From positions 59,150,450 through 59,214,000 of the forward strand of contig CM052816.1 in NCBI GenBank assembly GCA_028534125.1: a stretch of DNA of 63,551 bases. The letters are read 5' to 3'. The stretch comes from Lama glama. Its lineage: Eukaryota. This document shows, one piece after another, positions 23,329-35,594 of this stretch (the stretch's first letter is position 1; every line of letters begins with the position of its first letter). The translations under genes and the position numbers were made by a program. The notes below the pieces were generated by a model. The model made no database searches. It saw only the letters and a list, made by a program, of their open reading frames with translations, and had not been told where the DNA came from.

Positions 23329-23385
23329 TATATAGCATAACACCTGACCCAGTAAAGATTCACTAAGTGTTAGCTCTTACTATTG
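23324..23385 (+). mobile_element. MIR SINE, 3' part
   Basis: taaagtatatagcataacacctgacccagtaaagattcactaagtgttagct is the MIR 3' end; the 17-bp duplication links it to 18241-18257. Confidence 0.75.
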
Positions 23386-24926
23386 TTAGATTATTGCTAT
23401 TTCATTTTGCCTCAGTATCCTTACATTACCATCAGTTTTCTCATTTTTTGTTAGTAGCAGTTGGTTTATTTCAGCCAAATATTTTTCTCAGTCAAATCCT
23501 GAGAGCTGGCTGGCTGATTTCATTGAAGATTTATCGGGTTTCTCTTCTAGACAAGCTTGAAGGCACAGAGGCAATGTATTTGATGGACTTGGGGTCACGC
23601 AACAGTTCCCTGAAGCCCATCTGCTGTTGGGCAGGTTAGAGGTAGTACCAGGGAGTGTGGGTAGCCCACAGGCTCACTTTGTTCTACTGCTCTCAGTGAG
23701 AAAAGTGAGTGGAACTGATAACAAGTAGATGCGGCCCTCAGGGAGCAGACACGGTTGTGCATCCATGCAGGCTGGCTGTGAAGAACTGACTAAACCAAAC
23801 TTGAAAACAGTACAACTCTAGGGAAGTACCTCCCCAAACTACGCACTCCCATGTCCTATTGAATTGGCTTTATAAATTCTAAATCACTCTGGAGTTCTAG
23901 AGCCCATCTTTTAGGAGAGGTACCTCCTGGGGGCTGAATTCTGGTTCCCATTCTTTCTTGTCACCCAATGCTAAGGACACAACCAGTCACACTGTCATGA
24001 TGCTCACAGAGGCAGGGAGGTCAAACAGCAGCTGCTGGGTGGAGCTTGCATGAAGTTTGACCCATAATAGAGAGTGGACTGTGTGTGAGTGTAGGGTGGT
24101 TGGAATGGTGACCCCCCCAAGAGTGTGTAATGCCTCCTCCACCACCATCCCTCTGCCCCAATCTCTCTCCTGTGTTCCCCCTTGGGCCACCTCCTGCTGA
24201 AGTAACACGTTTCTTTAAGCTCCTGGTCTAATGAATTAACGAACAGTTTTCAAAGGGAATTATAAAATATTATAAATGAAGATTGGAGTTTTAGCCTTGG
24301 GTTTCCCTTCCATTGTTGTGAATATGTAATTGCTTATTAAATATTCATGAGATGATGGTAGAATACAGAGGATAAAGGAGAGTTTCTGGTCAGTGGATTT
24401 ACATTCTTATCAAAAGTGAGAGAAAGCAAAGCTATAACACAGAGACATTCTTGGTAAAAAGTTAGACGAAGCCTCCTGGCGAACTGCTGAGATCTTTCAT
24501 TTCATTTTCCCTTTACTCTTCGGTCTTTCCTTCTGATCCTTCAACCTTACACCATTGAGGAGAGGGAGCTGGGAAAACTATCAGAGTCTTGTGTTATATG
24601 ATCTCTCAACATGTGAACTATAATGAAGCTTTAAAAGTGCATGAAGACACAAGTTTGACAAACCAGATTAAAAACTGGGTGCAAGTAAAAGTAGCAGTGA
24701 CTGAGAAAAAAATAAATAAATAGAGAAAAATATAAAACTTAAACAAGTTTAATTGACTTTATTGGCAAGAGATGGTAATTGAGTACCCAGTAATTGACTT
24801 GAGGGCTTTAGGTTTTTTGGAAGGAGGGAAGTCTATGAAAATAGCTAGGGAATTTTTTTAAGGGATAGAAGACTCCATGACCTGGGAAGCTGCTGGTACA
24901 TGGCAATCCCTGTCTCTCTAATGAAT

Positions 24927-25390
24927 CTGTATTGGTTAGGATTAGCATTGGGTATAAGTAATGAAGATTCAAATTACAATTGCTCAAATAAGACAAACAT
25001 TTTTCTTTCTTGCGTACAAGTAGGAGGAGGATAGTCCAGGAATGAATGGCAACTCTGCTTCGCAAAGTCCTCAGAGACTTGGACTCTTCAAAACTCACTG
25101 CTCTGTATTTCTAGAGTGAGACATCTGTCCTTAGGGTCCAAGATGGTGGTTAAAGTTCAAGCCATCAGATCCAAACTCCAAGCAGGAAGAAGGGATGGAG
25201 AAGAAAGGAGCAAAGGGTATGTTTCTGCTTTCTTTGAGAAAGTTTTCTGAAACTGCATGACAATTCCATCTCCTTCCCACTGGATAACAATTCGAGATGT
25301 GGCCACATCTAGCTGTAAAGGAAACCAAGGAATGTGGCCATAATCCTAGCTTAAAATTGAGAGTTTTATTACAATGGAGGAAGGAGGCAA
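24927..25390 (-). mobile_element. Old MaLR LTR (MLT1J/K-like)
   Basis: tgtattggttaggattag...ggtccaagatggtgg...ccaagcaggaagaaggg...atgtggccacatctagctgtaaaggaaac. Confidence 0.7.
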
Positions 25391-25614
25391 AATTGCCATG
25401 GTAATTTCCTAAATCCCAGCTCTCAGTAATTCATGATGTTAACAACGCATGCTGACCTAGCCTTCTAAGACAGACATTATATGTAATGTAAAAGATGCGG
25501 CTACTTACAAGTTAAAGTTGGTAATCAAAGAATATAGATTTCTTCCTCAGTTTGGATAAATCTGAACAGCCCTTCTAAAGGGTGATCTAATGTTTGAGTT
25601 CTCACTACATGTCA

Positions 25615-25830
25615 GGATTCAGACTCAGACATAACTGGGTTCAAATCCTAGCTCTTCCACTTCTAGCTGTGTGACTTTGAGCAGACCACTTAAGCTCTCT
25701 GAACTTCAATTTCTCTATCCTTACAGTGGATGTGACACCCATGCCTAAAGATACTGTAAGAATGAGATATCAATATAAGTGTGAAATACCTAGCATAGGT
25801 ACAATTGATGTGATAAATAAGAACTTTTCC
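25615..25830 (+). mobile_element. MIR SINE
   Basis: ctgggttcaaatcctagctcttccacttctagctgtgtgactttgagcagaccacttaagctctctgaacttcaatttc. Confidence 0.85.
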
Positions 25831-26291
25831 TTCTTCTTTTAATATACATTATTCTTTTCTTACCTGGAATCTGTTCTGCTCTCTGACCATGTCTGTACTC
25901 TTAGCTTCCCAAGAAGTTTTTTTTTTTTTTGCTTCCTGGTTCAGATCTTTTCCAACCAATGCACCTAAAGGGGTAGCCTTAGCATACCCAAGGTACACCA
26001 TTGACTGGAGCGATTGACCTACTGGCCTTGAAAGCAGGAAATGCACCATGGTCAGGAATACATTCCATGGACTACTGCTCATCAAGAAACATGCAGAACA
26101 CACACAACTATACCTAAGACTTCCATAAACATAAGTGCAAATGTGTACAGGGGTAAGCATTTATCTTTTGAGGAGCTACAGACTATCATGGCTGCATATT
26201 AAATTTCCTGAAAGAGCTAGAACAAATATGGTCTCTAAAATAGTTGCTTGATGCAGATTGCAGGGGTATATAGATATTAACAGAAGACCAG

Positions 26292-26613
26292 TGCTATAGA
26301 CTGAATATCTGTGTCCCCTCAAAATTCTCTGTAGGTGGGCCCTTTGGGTGGTGCTTAGGTCATGAGGGTGGAGCCTTCATAAATTTGATTAGTGCCCTTA
26401 TATAAAAGACCTTGGAGAGCTCCCTCCCCCTACTGCCATGTGAGGTTATAGGGCCATCCATGAACTAGGAAGCAGGTCCCCACCAGATGCCGAATCTTCT
26501 GGGGTGTTGACCTTGGACTTCCCATGTTCCAGAACTATGGGAAATACATTTTGTTGTTTTTAAGCCACTTAGTCTATGGGATTCTGTTATAGTGACCCTA
26601 GCGGATTAAAACA
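26292..26613 (+). mobile_element. MaLR solo LTR, MLT1A-like
   Basis: tgctatagactgaat...ttaggtcatgagggtggagcc...ttagtgcccttat...ttggacttcc...tccagaactatg...aaaaca. Flanks accag / actag (4 of 5 match, candidate TSD). Confidence 0.88.
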
Positions 26614-26746
26614 ACTAGGCTTCAGGCTTCAGGCTCCTGCCCAGCCTGGCTCCCTTGTTCCCTCCTTACACTTGTCCTTGCAACAGTGTACCATTTTGTC
26701 TCCTCAGTCATGAGGCCTATGAGGAGCCACTGATTTTAGTACTTAC

Positions 26747-27189
26747 TGTACTCATTCCCTAGGGTTGCCTTTACAAAGGATCATGAGTTAAGCGGCTTAA
26801 GACAAGAGAGACATATTCTCTCACAGTTTTGGAGTGTAGAAGTCTGAAATCAAGGTGTCAGCAGGACCATGCTCTCTTTGATGCTGGATTGTCATTTGTT
26901 GCTCCTGCCTGGCTCCTGGTGGTGTCCAGTAGTCCTTGTTGGCCCTTGCCTTGCATCTACATCACTCCAGTTTCTGCCTCTGTTGTCATGTGGTGCCTTC
27001 CCTGGGTGTCTCTGACCTCGTCTCTTCTTATGAGGACACTAGTCATGTTGGATCATTCTCCATCCTAACTGTCTCATATAACTTGATTACATCTGCAAAA
27101 CCCCTATTTCCAAATAAGGTCACATTCATAGGTACTAGGGGTTAGGACTTCAGCGAATCTTTGGTGGGGACACAACTGAATTCATAACA
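26747..27189 (-). mobile_element. MaLR solo LTR, MLT1B/C-like
   Basis: attctctcacagttttggag...agaagtctgaaatcaaggtgtcagcagg...tacatctgcaaaacccctatttccaaataaggtcacattc...ggggttaggacttca. Confidence 0.9.
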
Positions 27190-27499
27190 CTGATAGAATT
27201 TTGTGAAATTAAAAATAAATTAGGACAGATTCAAGGTTAACCCCGTGCAAAAGTTACTCACTTTTAAGTGCTTTCTGATAATCTTCAGCAGCAGAAAAGA
27301 ATAGGGTGGAGTCATATACTATTGGCACAGGAGAAATTCAGGACCCTGGGCGAGTGAGTCTTGGATGTGAATATCACTACTGTCATGTAGAAAGATCCCC
27401 AAAGATGGAAGGTTTTCCTCCTGCTGTTCAAGGGAGGGAAGGGATGGCCAAGTAGCTGCATAGGCATCAAAGTCAGGAGGTGGGTTGTGCCAGCTAGTT

Positions 27500-27606
27500 T
27501 GTGTGTATGTGTGTGTGTGTGTGTGTGTGTGCGCACATGTGCTTGGGAATGACTTTGTGTGTGAGTGAATATATACATACGTGGTTAATGACTGTGAGTG
27601 TGTGTG
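27500..27606. repeat. (TG)n microsatellite and degenerate TG-rich flank
   Basis: Seen directly. Confidence 0.92.
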
Positions 27607-28569
27607 TGGAATTTCTAGAAGAAAGAGATAACAGGAACCCTGAGATGTTAACAGCAGTTAGGAAGTGGTTGGGGACAAAGGTCTGTCCCAGCGGCAGATC
27701 TTCTAACCATAAGACATTACAACGTGACTTTTTGGTGAAAGAGAACATGGAAGATTGCATAGAATTAGAAACACTAAAAAATCTGTGCCCAGTCTGTATG
27801 TAGTTGTCTCGTGCTTCTCTTCCTCCATTATTTAGGATGGATGACTATAAGCCAGATTCAATTGTAGTTTTTGCCTTTTTTTTAATGAGAAACAAACACT
27901 AGCATTTTTTATTTTATGTGTAGAAAGCTGTATCTCTTCCTCCCTCCTTCCTGATTCTACTCGGATATGAGAACCACTGAACAGATTGAAATCAGTCTTG
28001 CCAAGAAAGTTTTACTATGAAGATGAAAATGCACAGAGAAAAGTTTCAGTCTGAAAATATAAGGTAGTTAGATAGCGACAAAAAATGAAAGTCAGAATTT
28101 TAACGCATGGGCACATTTGGCTGTAATTATTTCATTTGCTGTTAGCAAGGAATCTCAAGCTATAGAGCAGCCAGAAACCTATCTGGGAACTTAATACTGG
28201 TGACTGAGCCATTATCTTTACCTATGCCATTTATTCTCACTTTATTTTTGAGGTCCTTTGATGTCACATTCGAAGAATTCAACTTTAATGAAATAATGCA
28301 AAAGAACCAGACCAAATGGAAAGTGAAACTAACTTTGAAGCTATCTTGTTTGGGGGAAAAAAAAATGAAAGAATCCCCAAGAACAAGGTCACCAAAGGGA
28401 GATGAACATCCTATAACTTATGCTATAAAATAAATCTCAATCAGAATACGGTGCCCTCCAAATGGAAGACACTAAATAAGAACTTGTTTATAATGGTGGT
28501 AGGCATGGTGATTTGAGATCTCGAATAACTCGAAAGAAAAATAATATTCATGGGGCATATTTGGTTTTC

Positions 28570-29125
28570 AGAGATGGCTATAGTAAGATGGCCTCCATTA
28601 TATGGCCATCACAAAAATATCAGTTTCTACCAGGTGTTCTTACCATGTGAATTTGATGTACCTCTATTATTTTGTTTCCTCCCTCTCAACCTGGGTAATT
28701 ACTGTGACCAACGGAATGTGGCAGCAGTGAAGCTGCCTGACTTCCAAGGCTAGGTCATAGAATGAAATATGGCTTCTATTTGTTTCTCTCTCTCTTTCTT
28801 CCGCTCACTCTCTGATTGTCCTTGGACTCCAGCCACCATTTTCTGAGGAAGACAGCCCACATGGAGAGGCCATGTGTGGGTGTTCCAGTTAGTCAATGCT
28901 AACTCGGCCCCTACTGACAGCCAGAATCACTGCCAGACATGTGGTTGAATGAGCCTTCAGATGATTCCAGCCCTCATCCTGTAAGTCTTCCAGCTGAGGC
29001 CCTAGATCTGGTGCCCTGTCTGAATTCCTGACCTACAGAAATTTGAGAGAGATAATAAATTACTGTATTGTTGTTTTAAACCATTAACTTTGGGGAATGA
29101 TTTGTTATGCAGCAATAGCTTACCT
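28570..29125 (+). mobile_element. MaLR solo LTR, MLT1G/H-like
   Basis: gacttccaaggctaggtcatagaa...cacatggagaggccatgtg...gccttcagatgattccagcc...gaattcctgacctacagaa...gttttaaaccattaactttgggg...ttgttatgcagcaatag. Confidence 0.85.
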
Positions 29126-29388
29126 CCTGGGAGAATTCAGGGATGCCACCAGATCACCCACCCAGGGAGCTGGCAGATTCTGCTTTTTGCGGCATTATCC
29201 TGCTAGGATGGTGCAAGGGCTCTCTGTCCTGGAAGCTCTTTCTTGACCCAGAGTCCCATCATTACTGGGCTCCACCATTAGACTCTCAGAGACTCTTCAA
29301 GTTATGGTTAGGGTTCCATAATCCACTAACCAGGTCCTTTTTGTGTGGCCATGTAGTTGGCTTATGTTAAATTTTTGCCTTTATAGGT

Positions 29389-29560
29389 CAGTGCTTCCTA
29401 ACCTTTAATGTGCATACCAATCACCTGAGAATCTTGTTAAAATTTAAATTCTGATTCAATAACTCTAGGGTGGGGCCTGGGAGTTGGCTATTCTAACAAA
29501 GTCCCAGGTGATACCACTGCTGCTGCTGCTGGTCTGGGGACCACAGTTTGAGTATCAAGG
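29389..29560. mobile_element. MER5A hAT-Charlie MITE
   Basis: cagtgcttcctaacctttaatgtgcataccaatcacctgagaatcttgttaaaat...ctgattca...gggtggggcctg...ttctaacaaagtcccaggtgat...gaccacagtttgagta. Confidence 0.88.
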
Positions 29561-29624
29561 GCTTAGAGGGCTGTATGAACAGAACAAAATTTGTATAACC
29601 TGTTTCCAAGGAAGGAAACCAGGG

Positions 29625-29870
29625 ATAATATTTACTGTTGTTGATCATCTGCCGTGTGCTAGAAGCCTTCCTAGGGGTTCCATGTATATCAACTCTAGTC
29701 CTCACAACACTTCTGCTAGGTACTTATTATCTCCACTTCTACTATGAAAAAAGTAAGGTTCAGATGAGATTGGGCACATTCAGGGTGGTATGGCCACGGA
29801 CAAAACTAAGGTTCGTAGAGGTTAGGTCAGCGGCAGAGCTGGGACTCACCACAAAACTTTTCTTGCCATC
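29625..29870 (-). mobile_element. MIR SINE (degenerate)
   Basis: tttactgttgttgatcatctgccgtgtgctag...gtcctcacaacac...tattatctccacttctactatgaaaaaagtaagg. Confidence 0.65.
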
Positions 29871-29946
29871 CATCTTTCCTGCTTCCTAAGCCTGTGATGG
29901 GTTCTCTGGTTATCATTTCACTTTAAATACGGAGATACCCCTCTAA

Positions 29947-30171
29947 CAGCACTGTCCAGTACAACTTTCTACAGTGCTAGAGATGTTCTGCGTCTGTCCT
30001 GTCCAATATGGTAGCCACGTGTGGCTGTTGATAATTGAAATGTGGCTAATGTGACTGAAGAACTGAATTTTAAATTTTATTTTATTTTAATTGAAATCTT
30101 AAATTGTCATATGTGGCTAGTGGCTAGAACAGTTGGCTAATTGCTATTAGCTACTATATAGGACAGCACAG
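29947..30171. mobile_element. MER3-like hAT-Charlie MITE
   Basis: Termini cagcactgtcc / ggacagcacag; internal ctgtccaatatggtagccac...gaaatgtggctaatgtgactgaagaactgaattttaaattttat. Confidence 0.88.
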
Positions 30172-30584
30172 TTCTACAGAAAGGGTCCTAAAGGCCAACT
30201 GGGTTTGACAGGTGACTTGGACTTGCATTGTGGGGTATGTGTGCAGTGACCACCTCTGCATGTGAAACATTTTAAGCATTTTATACACTGTTCATAATTT
30301 TCATCCATAACCTTTACTTTCCTCCTCTTCCTTTTCCTATATCCCATTGCATCAAACAGCCTTTTCCTTTTGGATTCATATCAGTTAAACAGAAGTCCTA
30401 AACACAATACAAAAACTGGAGGCTCTGTAGAGGAAGAAACGCCAATTCAGGAAGGGAGAGGATATGATGGGGGGAGTCCCTAAGAGACTGGAATAGCAAG
30501 CGGGAACCACCTTCCATTCTTTAGGGGTTTGGGAAAAGAGTGAAAAAGATCTGTTCAGATGCTTCCCTTTCCTCTTGGGACTTT

Positions 30585-31130
30585 CACAATTAGAATGCAT
30601 TCAGCTATAAGTAGTAGAAACCGTGACTCAGATTGCTTTAAACAATGAAGAAGTGTATTTCTTCACGTAATTGGAAGTCCAGGGCAGAATGGACTTTGAG
30701 TTAGTTGACCCAATTGCTCAGCTCTAATCTCTTAAAAGACCTATGTTCTCAGCATCCTCCTCTGTCTCACCTTTGAAGCTGGCTTCCTCCTCATGCTGGA
30801 GGGAGGATGGCACAGCAGTCCTGGGCAGCACATCCAGATGTGGCAATCTGCAAGGGAAGAGGGAAATGGTTTTTTCCTGCAGCTCTCTCTTGGAAGATGA
30901 AAAAGTTTCTCCAGAAGTGCTGAGATTTCCCCTCATGTTTCTTTGGCTGGAATTAGGTCACATCATGATTCCTGGACAAATATGACAAGGACAGTGAGAT
31001 GTTCCCTACTCTGATCAGGCCCACTTCTGGGGCTGGGAGGGAGGTCCGCTTTTTTTGAGTATATGGATACCTGAACAAAGTTGGGGTTCTGTTCAAAGGA
31101 AAGAAGGGGAAGGAAACCCCAGTATCTACT
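30585..31130 (-). mobile_element. Old MaLR LTR (MLT1K/L-like)
   Basis: attagaatgcattcagctataagtagtagaaacc...ggaagtccagggcag...tttctttggctggaattaggtcacat...tacctgaacaaagttggggttctgtt. Confidence 0.7.
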
Positions 31131-32459
31131 ATAGGATCAAACCTTGAAGCAGGGTTGTGATAGGGGAGCTATTGAAGCATCCAGTTTGGTAAAAGCAAAC
31201 CAGAGAATATCAAAGTTAGTGGCTTGGTTCTCTAAGCATGACCATGGGTGGCTCCATGTCTCTAGAGGAAGCCCACATTTGGCTCAGTGCCACATCTCAT
31301 TTGTTTTAGGACCAAGAGCATTGGTAGAGTCTACGCTGATGGGCCTATTATGGTGCTTCTGGTTCCTCATTCCCTGGGCAGGGCACACAGGGCCCCAGAA
31401 GTTCCCACATGCCCTGGTGAGGGCCAGTGTGGGGCCAAACAGGTGCTGAGAAGTCCGGTGGATCAGCAGAGGCCTGAGAAGTATCAACAGTGAGTGTAAA
31501 GTACCCAGCCCAGAATTCAGAGTAGGGTCTCCTTTTCACATATAAGACTCTTCCTCTCTCTTAGAATATTCCCAATATTCCTGTGTGTCACATGCTGCCA
31601 TCCTGGGCTGCTCTCTGCCCATCCCCATGGTGCCTCCATGTGTCAGGGGACTGCTCGTGCCTCTACCTGGGCTCTTGATTCTTGTCCCATTTAGAGAACA
31701 CCACCTGGCTCACCTGGGCCTTCAGAGGTTTATTCCCAGTCCTCCATTTGGAATCAAAGGCCTGATTTTGATATCTTTTCTCTGCTTAAAAATGTCTAGT
31801 GAAATAGTGGCCAGTATCATCACATCAAATATTTTTCCACTTAAATAGATCATTTCCTTGAGTCATATTCTCTGATTTTGCTCTTCTTCAAATTCACTTG
31901 CATTATCCTTGGAATTCTCAGAATGAAACATCCAAGGCCCTGGCCTTGGGCCATCTCACTTCTCTATCTCCTGGGTAACATCCACAACTCTCCTTACTGA
32001 AGCAAGAAAGGGGCCCAGCCTTGACCCCCATCTCCGTGCATTCAGGCTGGAACCCCTTGTATGGTCCTGGCTACAAAAATCTCTCCTGTCCTGTGCATTG
32101 GAAATCCCCAGAGCCAAACCTCTGTGCAGCTTTTCCTGAATTGCTACATGGCTTCCTCAGGCTTCCTGCCTGCCTCTCTGTCCTTGTCCCTCAAAAACTC
32201 TGTTTCTGGAGTTACCCTTTTCTTTCATTATTCACGTCACTTCCTGCATCCTCCTTGGTTCAGCATTAGGTTTATACTGTAACCTTCACTCCCATACATC
32301 TCTGCATCCCTGTCAGGTCCTGTTAGCTGAGAATGCTGCCATACCACTCCCCACTCCACAGGTGCCCTCTCCTTTCCTGGCTTCTACATCCCTTGTAACA
32401 CAATGGACCAATGGATTTAGCAAAGTCTTAACTGAGTCCTGATGGATGACTGAAGTCAA

Positions 32460-32670
32460 TGTTTCCAAAGGCAAGTCCACTCACTGAAACCAGATGGCTG
32501 CATCAGAACTGCCTGGGGAGTTTTTGGAAAATGCATATTCTTAGGCCCATGTCCTGATTTCTGAATAAAAGACCTAGGGGTAGGGTAGGGGAAGGAGGCA
32601 GGAAGGAGTCTGTATTTTTAAAATATACTTTTCCGGTGATGCTGCGGATCTAGGTGCGGGAAGCATGAGT
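32460..32670. mobile_element. MER5-family MITE (degenerate)
   Basis: ctgcatcagaactgcctggggagtttttggaaaatgcatattcttaggccc...ctgtatttttaaaat...ccggtgatgctg. Confidence 0.65.
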
Positions 32671-33009
32671 TTGGTGCCTCTCCAGTTCTCTTGCAGCCAT
32701 TTGATTCCATATAGCTAACTGAGTCCCAGTTTAAAATCACTCTTGTAATGGTGGTTAAATTAGGAACTGAAGTCTCTTTCAGACTCTAGACCAGTACAGT
32801 AACTTGGGGAGAACAGAGGGTGACAGGGTAGCTTCACTACAAGCCATTCCACAGGCCCAGGCCCTCTGGAGAGCCATTTGTAGGGTCAGCAGTAAGGCAC
32901 TGCAGATATTTTGTTTGTTTATTTGAGGGATAGGTGTTCAGGGATTTCGGTTAATGAGAATGTCTAGGATTTTGTCATGGGTTGAGCAATTAATATAAGA
33001 GTAACTCAG

Positions 33010-33430
33010 TTATCATTGTCAACCAACATCTATTGAATATCTACCATGTATAGGACACTGGAGCTTGGTAATAGAGACTCAGAAAATAACTAAACACCTT
33101 CACCTAGATTTGCTTATAAGGCAGCTACGAAAGAGCACCCTGGCTTCAGAAGATGTGCTGAAATTGTTACTGTCCAAGGAAAACTGGAATCTACTTATCT
33201 CAGGTCTATTTTCCTTGTAATGCATTCATTCAAGAGTTACTAGGAGGCTATGATATACCAGGTGCCAAGGGTGGGGGCAAGTGATAAGAATACAAAGATG
33301 GGAAGAGGTGGTACCAGTGTAGCAGGGAGAAATACAATTTCCACACAATGTGGTCAAAGCTAAACAGAAAATCATTCTAATCACTGTGGGAGCACAGAGA
33401 AGGGAGCTCTTCCACTGTGGGATTTGGGGC
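33010..33430 (-). mobile_element. L2 remnants
   Basis: caaccaacatctattgaatatctaccatgtataggacactg and cattcattcaagagttactaggaggctatgatataccaggt (antisense L2 3' ends). Confidence 0.55.
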
Positions 33431-33439
33431 ACTGGCTGC

Positions 33440-33640
33440 TTACATCTTCCTAAGAGTGAACTATGTACTTGGGACTACACAGTCACTTTAAATATGTTAT
33501 CTCATTTAATATAATTTAATTTATCATTGTCCAGGATCCTTAATAGATATTCTTATCCTAATTTTATACATCACATGGATTTTCCCTGGATGGTAACGGA
33601 AGCTTCCTTGAGAGATTAAATATTATCCATATAACATAAA
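33440..33640 (-). mobile_element. MIR remnant
   Basis: actttaaatatgttatctcatttaat...tattcttatcctaattttataca...gagagattaaatattatcc. Confidence 0.5.
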
Positions 33641-34924
33641 CAATCCCATGGGTGTATGCCAATTTGCATATGTGGTGTTGAAGTTTAAGGAAGACTTGAA
33701 CTCTCAGGTGAGACCAATGAACTCTCAGTGGGGAAACAGTGGGAGAGCCCTTGGGAGAAGACTACTATTGCTTACTTACTAGTACTAAGTTGACTCAGAG
33801 AGATGGTCAAAGTTTAAGGTTTGGCGATTTCTGGATACAGGCACACCCTGTATTTACAGTCCATCCCTTTCTGCAGGGAATGAAGAGCTGTAAAACTCTG
33901 GAGTCCAATCAGCACTGGAAAATCTTTGATTGACCAAAACATACAAAAGGAGAGCTTTCTCTTTTGTTTCAAAGGGAACTTCTAAGAGTTAGTAGTGGTG
34001 GTACCCAAAGGCTTGAGCAAGGAGGATCAAGATGGTGGCAAGGATGGTGGTAGATTTTTCTCTTGACTGGAAGCCAATCTGCTCCAGCTGGCAATGAAAG
34101 TCTGTTGCCTTTAGGTGACTGAGATGACTTTTGCAGTAACAAGCAGGGCAAAATTCCTCCAAGTACCCTTTGGGGACCAACTGGGCCTGGAATTAAAGTT
34201 AGTATTCAACAATCTCACCTGACAGTTCCCAAAAATACTTGAGGAGAAGGAATCTGTTGAAAAAAAAAAAACAAAAACAAAAACCCACAGCTGAATTGCC
34301 TTTGAACTGTATTCATGGAGAGACAGTGTGGTCAGATTAGTGAGAGGCAGGGATTTTTGTTAAGTGCGTGGATTTTCATTTCCAGCACGTGGAGCTCTCT
34401 GGGCTACCTACAGACAAGAGAACTGAAAGTTATTTATTACTCAAGGTCATGGAACCAGTACCCAACAAAGCCAGGGTTCAAACCCAGATTCTTCTGCCTA
34501 CAGATGCATTCCTCTTGGGAGATGACATTTGAATAGAGGCTTTGTAAGTGGAAGGGGGCTAAAGGCAGGTCATTTCTGCAGACAAGTTTGCAAAGACAGA
34601 AAGGAAGAAAGAGCAGGGTGTTGAGGAGTCTGGGCCACATAGTTCGTAACTCGCTGAGGCTGATGATGGGACTCCCTTCACAGAGGAAGTTGGAACAGGT
34701 GAGTCTGAAAAGGCATGCCAGAGTAGGTTGTGCCGCGCCCCGTGGGCCTTGCTAAGGCAGAGCATAGACTTCCCTTAACCCAACCTTCTGCCTTTTGATA
34801 AACCCTCAAAGTCTAATTTCTTCCTTTATAGTTATGTGAAATATCAGATATAGCAAATGTGTTAGCCAAAACAAACAAAAAAATCATGGCAATAGAAATT
34901 TTTAGAATGTGAATTTTCAGCTTA

Positions 34925-35151
34925 CAGTTGACCATTGAACAACACAGGCTTGAACTGCATAAGTCCACTTATATGTAGATTTTTTTTTCAATAGGAAATA
35001 CTATAGGACTACATGATCTGTGGTTGGTTGAATCCAGGGATGCAGAACCACAAGTTTGGGGGAATTGCCTGTTTGGTGGGGTGTGAGCCTATTGGATTTT
35101 TGACTGTGTGGAGAGTTGGCCCCAACCCCTGCCTTGTTCAAGGGTTATCTC
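34925..35151. mobile_element. TcMar-Tigger MITE (MER8 / Tigger2-derived)
   Basis: Terminal inverted repeats cagttgaccattgaacaa / ttgttcaagggttatctc, TA on both flanks (34923-34924, 35152-35153); internal ttgaactgcataagtccacttatatg. Confidence 0.85.
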
Positions 35152-35594
35152 TATTGTGTTTGTAAGTTCACCCAGTATTTCTCATCTCAGCTGCCTAGAG
35201 ATAGAGCTATGGGGTCAGGGAGATCAGGATGAGGTCATGATAACTCAACAAAAGTAGTGTAGGGAGAGAAAGAACAGATTCAAGAGCCATTTCAGAGAGA
35301 GAACTGCTAAGTGCTCTCATAGGAGAGAACTATTGAATTACTAAGCTGCTTTGATTACTAAGGACTTTCGCTTTCAACCAGGAAGCGGCAATATTCCAGC
35401 TCTACATAGACACCAGAATTTGAGCCCAAGTTCAGAAATAACTAAAAGAAGTGAATTTTAGGCCTAATCAATACTATTTACAACATCAATTTAAATAGGT
35501 GTTTTGTGTCAAAATGGAAGAATCTAGGACTGTAATGATTTTAACCTCAAAGCAGCTAGACACTTTGCCAGATGTATGTTGATTGTTATAATGA

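Noticed and set aside
33697..33728. Direct repeat tgaactctcag x2 (similar short pairs near 51901-51931 and 62767-62789)
   Set aside because: Only two short copies each; compatible with slippage or chance, not an array.
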